A stretch of DNA of 64,000 nucleotides from Felis catus (lineage: Eukaryota), in the NCBI RefSeq assembly GCF_018350175.1, contig NC_058368.1, positions 79,734,001 through 79,798,000 of the forward strand, in the 5' to 3' direction. Every line of letters begins with the position of its first letter. Within the stretch, counting starts at the first letter, position 1. Position numbers and translations under genes: made by a program. Below are positions 49,604 to 61,747 of this stretch, piece after piece. The notes under the pieces are model-generated. The model saw nothing but the letters and a program-made list of their open reading frames with translations. It ran no database searches and was not told the origin of the DNA.

Positions 49604-49759
49604 ACTCAAGGTACTTTTTAGAGCAAAGCCTGATACGTGTCCTGAACTTCTTCAGTGCAGCCCAAATTTTAATTATGTTCGTTCACTTCCTCTCCCCCAA
49701 ATATATTTGAAAATGAATATCTGGCATGCCCCCACAAAATCTGCTAGGAAACAGAGATG

Positions 49760-50400
49760 CAGAGTTTGCAAATATTTGAGCGCCCTTATACTAATTCCTG
49801 GGGACTAGGGAAGGGGGAATCAATGGCACCTATAAAAGGATGTCACAAGAGACTCGGGCTGGACTGGTGCTGTCACTTCCCACAGCTCGTTAGGCTGGTC
49901 TGCCCTTTGTCGGCCAGCCGGGGACAGTCCTGCCCACGAGCTCCGGAAGCCGTGAGCGAATCACTGGGTGTCTGTCGGAGGTCGGAGGACACACAGCACA
50001 GAGGGCATGCAGCAGGACGCCCTGCCCTCGCGGCCGTGGACTTCAGGGCGGCTCTGATGGGAAAGGCACAGTCCGCCCGGGGCGCAGGGCTGTGGCCTCA
50101 CTCGGGTATCTCCAGCGGGTGCAGGGGTGCCCCCGAGGGAGGGGGTGCCAGCCCCGCCCAAGCGTCCCGGCTTCTGTGCTACAGGAGAGCAGGGTGAGTC
50201 GGCCTGGCACGTCCCCGCCGGTTTGGAAAGAGTGGAGCTGAGTCATCTGACAGGAGGCCATTGGACAGCATCCCAAGTGGCCGGGCCATTCCGTGTCTGG
50301 AAACGGTGTGAAGCGGGGACACACGCTGGTGCGGGCACATACTTTCCCTGTCGTCCCCGGAGGAGGAAGGCGGCTGGGGCCACTGGCTGGAAAGGCCCAC
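49760..50400 (+). promoter_or_regulatory. Weak CpG-island-like region with upstream TATA box; candidate promoter/first exon
   Basis: TATAAAAG at 49831-49838. Roughly 35 CpG in 49890-50390 (approximate hand count), GC-rich. Consensus donor AGG|GTGAGT at 50193/50194. Confidence 0.35.
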
Positions 50401-50445
50401 AAGGAAAAGGCTGTTTTACTTTATTTCTTATGTAGAATTGTGGGG

Positions 50446-50654
50446 TTTTTTTTAATTTTTTTAAGTTTATTTATTTTGAGAGAGGGAGAGTGTGCAAGTG
50501 AGCAAGAGAGAGAGGAGAGAGAGAGAATCCCCAGCAAGCTGCATGCTGTGAGCTCAGAGCCAAAAATGAGGCTAGAACTCACAAACCATGAGATCATGAC
50601 CTGAGCCAGAACCAAGGATCCCAGGCTTAAGTGACGGAGTCCCCCAGGTGCCCC
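50446..50654 (-). mobile_element. CAN-SINE (older)
   Basis: Reverse-complement head catgacctgagccaga...cccaggtgcccc, (GA)n, T tail. Confidence 0.93.
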
Positions 50655-52952
50655 AGGGAAAGGCTATTGTACAAGAGGGTTTGCAGAAGAGAGCGCCCCC
50701 CCCCTGCCACCCTGGGGTTCTAAGAACCAGACAGACTCGTTGGAGAGCAGAGAGCCCAGGCCTGGCCCCAGCAGGTGCCCAGCTGGCCGCTCACCACAGG
50801 GAGGTTGGGACACCCCTCATCTAGGGGCAGCACCCAGTGCCCCCCTCTTCACGCCGGCCAGTGCGCAGCCTCAGGGCACCCTGCATGTGGGACGTGCATG
50901 GGGAAGGACCCCACGGCTGTGGGGAGTCACCCCACAGCAGGGCAGGTCATGGGGAGAAGGTAAGGGGCACCAAGCAGGGGGAGGGGGCATAGTGGTGGCA
51001 GGGGCAGGATCCAGACAGAGGACAGTCTATGCAGGGGCACCAGCACGAGGTTCAATGAAGTTCCTTCATTTTCATCAGAAAGACAGATGGATGGGGACTC
51101 TGTTGAAAAGCACGATCCTGACTGCATTCTGCTGTTATCCCCTGAAGGGCAGGCTTCCCAGCCGCCAGGTGCTTATTTCTGCCACACGATCCCTGCCCTA
51201 GCACATGGTGGGGAGGGGAGGGACAATGGCAAGATGGTCAGCACAGACCCAACACTCGGCTGCCCTGAGATGACTTAGCTGGTGTAAACACTCAGTGGAT
51301 GGAGAAGAGGGGGGTCCAGAACGGCTGGACCAGCTCACGGCGGGTGACGGACGGAGGGTCCCAACCTCAAAGTGTGGTGTAAGCATATCCAGAGGCAGGA
51401 AGCTCCGGGGGCCAGTGCAAGGGGGTTACCTGGGCTGGGCAGGGGCATCCCCATCCAGCTCCCGGCACTCACTGGCTCAGTCATGCCCCACAAGCTCGGC
51501 TCCAGTGTCCCAGATCTCAGCGCTGTCTGTTTCCCCTAAAGAGAGGACACAGAGAACCCACGGCATCCACTGAAATTACCCAGATAATTAAAGGATCACT
51601 GTACAGGGAGAATCAAAATGACCTGGGTTTCAGTGTTGTTGTAAAATGGTCTACTTCCAAATTCCCCACATAGGAGCCCACCTCTGTGTGTACCATGAAC
51701 CACGACAAGGAAAACACACATTGATGTATGTCCCTGTGCAGAACATTCCACGGAAATTAAATCACACAAGTGCTCAAGGGATCTCGGGCCCAGGCTCTGC
51801 GGTTGTTGCTGGATATATATAGAAGAGAGTGGCGAATGTCCTCTTAGCCGCCATCCACGGGAGGAACCTGGGGCCTTTCAGATCTGTCGGGTCCACAAGC
51901 AAAAACAATACTGCTCACCAGCAAGGTCCCCAGTGCTTGCCAGAAAGGAAGAGGTGGCTTCTGGGGAAGAGAAGCCATGTATGTTTTAGAGAAAAAGTAG
52001 AGAAGGTGGTCTGGAGTGATGAGAGAATGTGGGCTTTGTTTAGGTCTTACAAGCAAAGGACTTATAAGCCAGGGAGCGTATGGACCGAAAGACAGAGGTG
52101 GAGGAAGAAGGGGCCCCTTTTGGAGAGAAGCGTGGGTGGGGCAGGCCACAGAGGTGACCACCGGGCGGCGGGTTCTGTGCCAGAGACCGGCACCAAGATG
52201 GCCCCCGGCCCCCGCCTGGAGGACAAGGACACCCAGACTTCACATGAGAACCACTACCCCACCCCCACCCAAGTCCCAGGTGTCATCCTGCAAAGTTTAA
52301 ACCCACTAACATTCCCCTTTCTCCCAGGCATGACAGAACATTTGATTTTAGGGCCACAGTTTGCATTTGCAGTAAATCGCCTGACTCCCACGTCCACATG
52401 CTTTCAAAATAGCCGCAAGTCCCATGTGGGCAAGAACTATGTGCTCAGCAATGATAACAAGGAGGTCCGGGCTCTCCAGTTCCCTGCACGCTCCGATCTC
52501 CCAGCCCCTGTACAAGTTTACTACCTATTTGACATAAAAAATGTTTGTCCATGTATATCATTCCTATAAAAGTACAAAAGAGCCGTTTCCCAAACAATTA
52601 CAATTTGTACTGCATGTACAAATTGGAGTGTTAAGGCATCATATTTTTGTTCCTTCCAGCATCCATAAAAACTCAGAAGCATATCATAACCACCAAAGTG
52701 TTCTCTGCTCTCATAATAATTCATTAGGTCATTAGAAGCCTGTGCAGCACAACGCAGAATGTCAGTCCCCTACAGAACACGGTCTCCTGAGTTTCCTCAA
52801 CCAGAGAATCAGTAAAAAGAAATTGTCCTTTCTTTACATATATCTGCCAAGGAGAAGAGGGGTTTCGTGGGTCTAACTTAAAAATTCCACCCATTTCCCA
52901 TCCAGGACAGAGTTTTCCAATGAGAACTTTCTGTTTCTCTGAACACAAAGGC

Positions 52953-52980
52953 TGTGTGTGTGTGTGTGTTTGTGCGTGTG

Positions 52981-53018
<38 letters not shown>

Positions 53019-53060
53019 TGTATGTGTGTGTGTGAGAGAGAGAGGGAGGGAGGGAGGGAG
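52953..53060 (+). repeat. Compound (TG)n(GA)n(TG)n(GA)n(GGGA)n microsatellite
   Basis: Direct reading. Confidence 0.95.
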
Positions 53061-53344
53061 ATTCTGCTGTCAATCAGAGTCATAGAAAATAAATAAGAGC
53101 CACAGAAGAACCTATCCCATGTCTGGAGAATATTCGACAAAGATCAGTCTGCCATTTTCATGAGCATGCCATCTGGCCATTTGAAAAGCCCCATGGTCAT
53201 CCCAAAGGGGATGCTTTCTTAATTACCGTGACAACTTCAGATTGGACAAAGTGATTTTGGCCCAAAATGACTCATCTCAGGAATATGAGGGCACAGAGGT
53301 CCCAGATGAAGAACGAAAGAGTGTGTGGCATCCAGTCCATTCCA

Positions 53345-53790
53345 AAGGCCATTCTATGTGTCAACTTGGCTAGGCTGTGGTACCCAGACATTTGGCCAAA
53401 GATGGATGTTGCTGTGAATGTATTTTTTATATGAGATTAACATGTGAATCAGTAGACTTCAAGTAAAGTAGATTATCCTCCATAATGGGGGTGGGCCTCA
53501 TCTAATCAGTTGGAGGCTTTAAAAAAATACTGACCTTTCTTGACAAAGAGGGACTACTGGCAACAGATGCCCTTCAGGTCTGAGCTGTGACAGTGGCTCT
53601 TCCCTGGCTTTCTGGGCTGCTGGCCCACCCTGAAGCTTTTGGACTTGCCAGCTCCCACATTCATGTGAACCAACTCCTCAAAACCTCTCTCCCTCTCCCT
53701 CTCCCTCTCCCTCCCTCTCTCCCACTCTCTTTCTCCCTCCTTCTCTCTCCATATATAAGCCAAACATCTATGGGACCTCATCATCTCTGG
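53345..53790 (+). mobile_element. MLT2 (MLT2B/C-like) solo LTR with internal (CTCCCT)n
   Basis: tatgtgtcaacttggctaggctgtggtacccag...agattatcctccataatgggggtgggcctcatctaatcagttg...tttggacttgccagc. Confidence 0.88.
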
Positions 53791-54289
53791 GACCAATCGA
53801 GTGGCTTTTACCAATGGCAGTCATGCTTCTCAGCCTCGGGGGTGGACAAAATGCTGAAGGCTCCCCCTGGGAGGGGGCGGGCAGTTGCTGCAGTTCTGGC
53901 TCGTGCCCTGTAAGGAGGTGAGCAGCTCAGTCTTCACACCAGCTCGTTTTAGGCCCACCTTCCATCACAGCATCTCTTGTGTTACGCGTTTCGGCACATC
54001 AGCCAACTTCTCGTAGAGGGAGACTGCCACTGAGTCAAGGCAGACCCAGCTCCTTGGCAGCTTCAGGAGTTAGGAGGGCCCGGGACCCAAGACCATCTCT
54101 AGGTTCTCGGAGAAGCACGGTCCCCAGGTGTGTCTGCAGGCAGGAGGCTCCCACAGCTGGGGCCACAGAAGCGCATGTGGGGTTTTCTAAGACAAAGGCT
54201 AACGCAGACACTAGGAGGCATCGTAATTCGTGCCGACACTGACTGAGGCTGCCCACGGGCCAGGTGTCATTCTGCAGGCTTCACCATCA

Positions 54290-54440
54290 TACTCATTGCA
54301 TCTTCCCGACAGCCCTGAGGCACCCAGCATCCCTGCTTTACACATGGAGAAACTGAGGCACAGGGCAGTGAAGTAACGTCTCCAGACCACAAGCAACAAA
54401 TGGTGACACCAGAAGTCTGGGGACCCCACTCTCCAACCCC
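54290..54440 (-). mobile_element. MIR
   Basis: tttacacatggagaaactgaggcacagggcagtgaagtaac core. Confidence 0.7.
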
Positions 54441-56280
54441 AGACCAGGAGCAGGTGACGTTGGAGACCCATGCAGGTTGTTGACAACAGAGTCGCTTGTC
54501 GGTAAACTCTCGTGCCAAAGAAAAGTTGGGACCGTGCTCCTGGGAATGAGGATGGCAATGGAGAAACAGAAAAAAGCCCTGTCCCAGAGCTGCCATCACA
54601 ACCAGGGACAAAGGAGGCTGTACCTCACGTTGGATTTAAGTCCCGGCTCCTGCACTCTTAGCTATGAGCCAGAGCAACTTTTCAAAATCCCCGTGAGCTT
54701 CATCTGAATACTAAGGATGATGACGGGCCACTTCACCGGGCTACTGTGAGGTTTAAGTGTGAAAATAGGGTGGTCCCAGGGAAAGCGGGTACTTGGAATC
54801 GTGCCAGGAACAAAATACAATCCTGGTCACGACACACGTGGCCCAAAGTCACTGCCGGACACACAGTGTGCATCTCTTGGCTGTCAGAACCACACCAAGA
54901 GTTCTCAGGGCACCAGGGTCCAGCTGGCCCTGGATTCAGAGCCAGGCTGGGGCTCGGAGGGTGAGGTGTTCCAGGACAACAAGCAGATATGGGGTCTGCA
55001 CCAGAGAGTTGGAGCTCGCTCCCTAGACTTCTGTGTCCTGGTGCCTGGACAAGGCCAGGCCAGAGAGAGGCTGCATGTGATGGGGTGGGGGAGGAACCCA
55101 TCTGTAGGGAGGAACAAGGGGGCTGGGGGTGGGGAAGCAGTATCCGGGCCTGGTCCACAGATTTGGACAACTTCCCTGTGATTTCTGCTGATATATATGG
55201 TCAAACAATCCAGTCATGCCTCAAAGCAGAATTTTTGGCTTAATCATTTGGGTGGTTATCTGTACTCCCCTAATAAATCAGCCAACTATTCAGATTTATG
55301 CTACAACACGAACAGGTTGGCTTGACCTATGAGTTGATCTATTGATATAATAAAGCACGGTATCTTAACCAGAACATGGGAACATCCTTTGAGATCGGGA
55401 TTTGAGTATTACATGCTAGTCCATTGGGTAACTTGCTAGCACAAATAAATCCTACACACGACATACTCACGTGGAGAAAACATCTTAAAATCCGCCAATG
55501 AGTACAAAACAGACTGTCAACTAGCACGCACAGTAGACATTATTTTAAGCTACCATCCGTTCAATGCCAGTAAGAAATCTTGGGTTTACACAGGGGCACC
55601 ATACGCCACAGTCTAAATTTTCCCCACTTCCATAGCACTAAATTGCTTTGAAACACAAGGAAGTTTTTACTACCAGGAAAATTTTACCAAGCTTTAGTTA
55701 AAAAAGAGGTGAGGCGTCTGAGGTAAGTGAGGTTGTATAATGGAATAACGAATAGATCCTAAAATGAGAATAGCATAGCCGATCCTGGCCATAATGGTTC
55801 CCATTGTAATCATCCTGGATGTGCTCCATAACACGTAATGACTCAACAGCTCCATGCTGGAAGCACCTGAAGGAGGTAGTCTCTCTGCCAGAAAGACTGT
55901 GTGTTAAGTATTATGTCTGGTCTCGCCAAGGGGATAACATGCCTTTCCTTGTTTTTGAGCAAACCAATTTCTTTGTGTCTCTGACATAGAGCGGCACAGC
56001 CTCGTGCCCTTCCCCAAAGCGCTGCTACATGCTGACCACCGAGCCCCTGGGCTCCTGTCTCTGACTTCCATTATGTAACCTCGTATTCACAAGCCAGAAT
56101 AGATACCCCATTCAACCTCTTCTCCACTCACTGAAGACTCACAAGGTCTCACTTCGATCAGTGACTCTAGGAGACATGTAGATTGAGGAACCTCAGTAGC
56201 CCAACTCTATCCACTCCAAAAGGGAGTTGAGTGCCCTTATGCTCCAAGAAGTCATAAATGTCTTCTTATTCAGGCACTCG

Positions 56281-56393
56281 TTTTACTCTTAAGCCATGTA
56301 TAACTAGTATGCCTCTTGAATTTAAAAATCTTAGCATTTTTACTCTTAAGCCATGTATAATCAGTATGCCTCTTGCATTTAAAAATTTTAGCA
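56281..56393 (+). repeat. 57-bp tandem duplication (2 copies, 4 mismatches)
   Basis: ttttactcttaagccatgtataa[ct/tc]agtatgcctcttg[a/c]atttaaaaat[c/t]ttagca, twice. Confidence 0.95.
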
Positions 56394-57494
56394 CACATGG
56401 ACCAAATAATCATAAGGCTCACCCGTAAAGGCTCTGATTGCACACAAACTGGATCTATCATAATGAGATCAAATGAGAAAACAAATGGTTTCCACGAGTG
56501 GAAAGTGTTAAATCTACAAAGCGAGAACTATTTTGGAAATTGTAGAGTTATTGGATTGCTCATTGAATAGTTTCCCAAGGTTTACACGAGAGTTTGGGAG
56601 AAGAAACAAGAAGTCCAATGGGAATAGAGTCTTTAGTAAGATCAATGGTTGTGATGGTTTTCATAAGAGCTCTTCATTTTGTTTGTGCCTTTTCTAAAAT
56701 GTACTCTAGAATTTAATAGTGCTAAGAAACGCCATATGTCAGAAAATTTGAAAATCAGGCAAATATATGTGAAGAATAGATGACAACAAAATTTTTGGAG
56801 GAATGTATCCATGAGCATTTGGTCCATTTCTGTTGACCTGTATTGTATTAAGTCCAATTTATTGAGTACCAGCTAAATTCTAGGTAATCCCAGTGTTTCA
56901 CATTACCTTACAAAGTAGACTATCATAGGGATGAATTAACTAAGATTCTGGTAAGCAAAGTAGCTTGCTCAGTTATGGTATGGTCAGTTAGAGGCAGAGC
57001 CTTGATTTGAAGGTAATTCTGCCATTTTTTGCTTCAAAAATAACTGGATGGATGGATTAGTGAGAGGCAGTCTGCTATTTCTCCAGATTGCATTCCATAG
57101 GATGATTATCTTCACTGGTATTTTCAGTAAGACTTGCCTGTATCGTCCACAAGGAAAAAGAGTAAATAAACAATAGTAATCCAAATATTTAAATCATCCA
57201 AATATTTGATTTTATCATGAGTTTTGATTCCCTACAAAAAATGAAGCAAATTTTACATATCGCTGCAGATACTTTTCTGTTGTTGTTTTTTCTCTTCTAC
57301 TAGTCAGATGAGAATTGGTAGTAGGGCAAGAGAGAGGGGCTTCACATCACCCACAGAATGAGTTAGCCAAGTTTATGAGACACAATTTGACAAAGTTAAT
57401 ATCCTGGAGGGCTACTGTCACAGAGACAGTGTTCTAGAGAGTCCATGGTGCACTCTCTGGTTTCCTCGTTATGAATTCAAGGAGGCCACATCTT

Positions 57495-57690
57495 GGGGTG
57501 CCTGGGTGGCTTAGTCGGTTGAGCAGTCTGACACCTGATTTTGGCTCAGGTTATGATCCCAGGGCCATGAGATCAAGCCCCATGTCAGACTCTGCACTGA
57601 GTGTGGAGCCTGCTTGGGATTCTCTCTCCCTCTTTCTGTGTACTCTCTCCCTCTGCCCCTCTCCCTTGCTCACTCTCTCTAAAGGGAAAA
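57495..57690 (+). mobile_element. CAN-SINE (older)
   Basis: Head and body; diverged TSD aaggaggYcaYatc. Confidence 0.93.
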
Positions 57691-57990
57691 AAAGGAGGTC
57701 ATATCCTATATGGCTCCCAATACCTTCTCATTTTATTCAAGAAGCATTATAAGAGTTCAGGGACACAGGAACGTGGGCCCTTCCAAACAGTAGACCAAAT
57801 ATGATGAATGTGGCCTGGTTGCTAGGAATCTTTTCAATGACATATTCCAAATTTCTAATAAAATTCTAACAGCTCAAAACAGAAGACATCAATTTTTATC
57901 ACATTAGTTTAAATTATTCCATCATACTAATAATTAGTCAAGAAATCATCCCAGTCAGACGTGGTAGAGGGATTGAGAATTGAGTTATTT

Positions 57991-58219
57991 TATTTTTTTT
58001 TAATTTTTTTAACGTTTTTTTAATTTTATTTTTGAGACAGAGAGAGACAGAGCATGAACAGGGGAGGGGCAGAGAAAGAGGGAGACACAGAATCTGAAGC
58101 AGGCTCCAGGCTCTGAGCTGTCAGCACAGAGCCCGACGCGGGGCTCAAACCCACGGACCGTGAGATCATGACCTGAGCCGAAGTCGGCCGCCCAACAGAC
58201 CAAGACACCCAGGCGCCCC
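57991..58219 (-). mobile_element. CAN-SINE
   Basis: Reverse-complement SINE; TSD gagaattgagYtatttta. Confidence 0.97.
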
Positions 58220-61200
58220 GAGAATTGAGCTATTTTAGCTAATGATTAAAATGCCTTTGCAGGGACACAAAAAAATAGTTTAATTTCTTTACCGTTGTAT
58301 TTCTTATGAGCAAGTCTGGTGAGTTACAATGCCTGCACTTTCTACCTCGTCACGAACAAGGAATACCACTTCATAGAATGGAAAATGGATGAGGAAGGTA
58401 TGGTAGGAAGTCTCAGAGCATCCTACTGAACAGGTAATATGCCAGCTCTGATTCAGGAAAGAGTAAGTACAGAAGGGGTGACACAGGACACGAGAGCACT
58501 TTTTCCTTTCAGAAGTAGTGGGTGGAAAGTTTCAATGAAAAATTACTGGGGTTATATTAGACTGTAACATTTTGTTCTTCTAAGCAGTCTGTTTTCAAAG
58601 CATATTCTCATTCCAGGGCTCATTGCTCATGGAATGTCAGACTGATTTGTTGCTTCCCTTTATGCCTGAAACACAGGTAATATTTTGAATTTTTAACATG
58701 CGTTTCATTCCTACATTCTTAGAGGGGGCATTGTATCAGGATGTTTTGCACACTCAGTTAATGATCCGCAGTAAAATCCCATTATCACTCAGGGTTGTCT
58801 GTGCTCAACTTCATAAAGAACTGATAGAAATCTTTGTTAGCAGAAAATCTAGTGCTGGGTCTAGTCATGTATAATCGCTGACAAAGGAAGAAGTAGCTAG
58901 CCCCAGCCCTCAGATGAGGAGATAAATCTCTGGAAATCCCAAGAAGGTATATATGCTACCTCATACAATCCATCCATCAACATTGTCTAATTGGGAATTT
59001 CTCCGTGGCCTCGTGAGAGTTTGCTTGCTTCTTAAGTGCCATAGATCAAAAAGCTACTTGCCAGTCATTTCCATTGTTAAGTTACTGTGTTTTAGCTCCA
59101 TTTTGTTATTTGTATGTCAACTCGGTCCCAGAGTAGCCTCTGAGGACTTCGAAGGCTAGGAATGTTGCTTGGGAGTGGTAAGACTGAAGTTCTACCGTGT
59201 GGCTAAGACTGTCCTAAGATCAAGAGAATGTGCCTCGGTCCCTGTGAGAGGTCTTGACTCTTCTGACATCCTGGTGACTTTGTATGAGAGGTCATCATTC
59301 TATGGACATATCACCTTAATGAAGAAAGAAAAGAAAAAACACATTCAGAATGTGGATGATATAAATTCAAACATGGCCTCACGGTATCAGTCAGTACAAA
59401 GTCAGAGCTGTGAAAATCAGCTTATGAATTATTCAAGAGAAAGCCGATAGGTTCTTTTTGGATTTTAAAACCTTGGAGCTACATCGTCTTATGATCTTGG
59501 GACATTTTAAAGATAAATTTGGCAGTCTTTATGATGTGAGGACATAAACGGGGTTGAGCCGTAAAGGTCATATCGTTAGGAGAGGTCCACAGGGCAATCT
59601 TCACTTTCTTAGGAAGCAGGGATATTGGAAAGAGGTTTTCCACCCACAGAGATGTACGTCAAGAATCTGAAACCACCATTTCCTGCTGCTGGTCAATGGA
59701 GCCTTCCTGGTGGCAGTCACTAGTCCTCACCACTTAGGAAGCAAGGAGATATCCTTTAAGCGGTAAATCCCATATTCTTACAGGAATTTGGTTCTGCACA
59801 CCCCCATGTGCTAGAAGGGACTACTACCTACTTCAGCTGTGGGAATTAAAGCCACAGGAAGCATAGGCTGCCACAAAGGACCAGTCAGAGGACGTACTGC
59901 CAAAGGAGGTGCCAATTAGAAAGGGTCAGGGTCACTAAGGGATTTGGAAAAGGTTTCCTGATGTGATTTCTGGTATTTCCAGAGCTATTAATCTCCTGCC
60001 TTTGAAAAGCACTCATTTATTTCCATTTTTTCCTAACCCTTTTACTCCTGTCCCTTAAGAATGCTGAAAGTACCTTGATTTATTGTGTCCATCCATCAAC
60101 GGAAGAGTAACAACACACTCCTTTCAGCTTTTGCTCGGAGGCTGAAGATGTCAAGTTCAAGGATGGGGACCCCAGCTTCACCCCTGATACGGAGAACACC
60201 TGCTTCTAAGGCACCGTTTAAAAGATACCGCTGCATCCAAACAACCACACTCTTCACAGAAGCATTTTTAGGAGCTTTGGAGCAGGTTGTGTATGAGTGA
60301 AAGGAAGTGTGCTCAACTCCCAAAACAAAAGGAGGACACGTGCCTTTAAAATCACTCAAGAACGTTTTCAACAGCAACAACCAAATTGCTTAACGGGGCA
60401 GCAGGCGGGCGGTAGGGGGCGCTGTGGAACCAATTCACTGGAAACCCAAATAGGACCAGGGAACAGGACAGTCTGGTCCAAGCTCCGAATTCAGAAGAAA
60501 TAGACACTTCCTCCCTCTCCACTCTCAGTGAAAGCTATTTTACACACTCGACACTGCTCTGTTTGCAAAGGGCTCTGAGATTTCAATTACCGTAGTCTTT
60601 CTCCTCACCAGTACCCTTGCTTAAATCAATGGTAATGCAATTGACTGAAGTGGTTTGTTCTCTTCAAAAGCTTGTCTTCATCCTGAATTGCTTTGGTCCA
60701 GAAAACATTATGAGGACAGACTGTCCCGATTTCATTCTTCATGTTCAGGAAACAAGTCATTTGAAGGAGCAGGTTTTTTCCTAAGTAATAAAATATCAAT
60801 ACACTGAGGGAGGTAATGAAACAAAATATGGCTGAAAAAAATCTTTGACTGTTGGGGCTGTAGTATGCAGGGTAATCTTCATGAGACGTCTGGTAATGTT
60901 TAATTGATTTTAAAAGGAGACATTGATTGTCACAAAACTTGGTAATAGGAATAAAACCATGTAAGTGTGTTGCAATGGCAGCTTAAAAAACTATATGGGA
61001 TGGAAGTGATTTGGAGGGAATGTATTTGCCTCTGATAAAGGTGGTTTGCTTCCACCTTCAATCAGTCAAGACTGGACACTCAGGAATGTGACATGGCCCT
61101 GACATCCCCCTGACACTAACCATAAGGAGGCAGTTAACACCAAGCAAGCCACAAGAATCAAATATCTGAAAATGCCATGGGACTGTTGAGTTTTCATGTT

Positions 61201-61529
61201 GACAAACAAACAGGTTTATCTAGATGGTGAAGAAGATGCGTCTTGTAGGACCAACAGCCACTAGGGTTAAAATGTTGTCATCCTCGGAAGTGAGCGGCAT
61301 CGGACTTCTCCAAGAAACCACAGGCTGAACCGTCATCTCTCGCTCTCTTGGCAAGCCACTCTACCAATAGACAACGTTTTTCTCAGGCATGTCTGAGAAA
61401 CACATCCAGAGGCTCTGACTGTCCCTGCAGGTGAATTATCTCCCATGCCACCAGCAGCACTCATTCTGTACCTGGGCTGTCCCAAGTCTCTGGTCGTGGG
61501 TGGTCCATAAGAAGTAAGGAGGAGCAGAA

Positions 61530-61747
61530 GGGCACCTCGGTGGCTCAGTTAAGCGTCTGACTCTTCATTTCAGCTCAGGTCACGATCTCACAGTTCGTGA
61601 GTTCAAGCCCCGCGTTGGGCTCTGTGCTGACAGCTCACAGCCTGGAGCTTGCTTCGGAATCTGTGTCTCCCTCTCTCTCTGTCCCTCCCCCATTCATGCT
61701 CAGTCTATCTCTCACTCTCTCGAAAATAAATAAATATTAAAAAAATA
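61530..61747 (+). mobile_element. CAN-SINE
   Basis: Full SINE; TSD taaggagga. Confidence 0.96.

Noticed and set aside
50185..50193. G-E-Q-G reading of the 9-nt segment as a collagen microexon
   Set aside because: No other Gly-X-Y exons found in the window.
51829..52569. Longest ORF in the window (246 aa)
   Set aside because: GTG start, begins in what looks like a decayed L1M remnant, no recognisable domain and no coding-like composition.
52601..52625. 10-bp perfect hairpin caatttgtac/gtacaaattg; similar ones at 10267-10294, 29362-29378 and 61379-61400
   Set aside because: Stems of 8-10 bp are expected by chance in 64 kb, are too short for pre-miRNAs, and contain no mature miRNA I recognise.
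9993..56079. Three TTATGTAA D-box-like sites (9994, 13916, 56071) as a circadian module
   Set aside because: Widely spaced and near chance frequency for the window size.
6314..58208. Recurrent MAQSV..PTSAQVMISRF.. ORF family and tRNA-like heads
   Set aside because: These are CAN-SINE translations and tRNA-derived heads, not a gene family or real tRNA genes.
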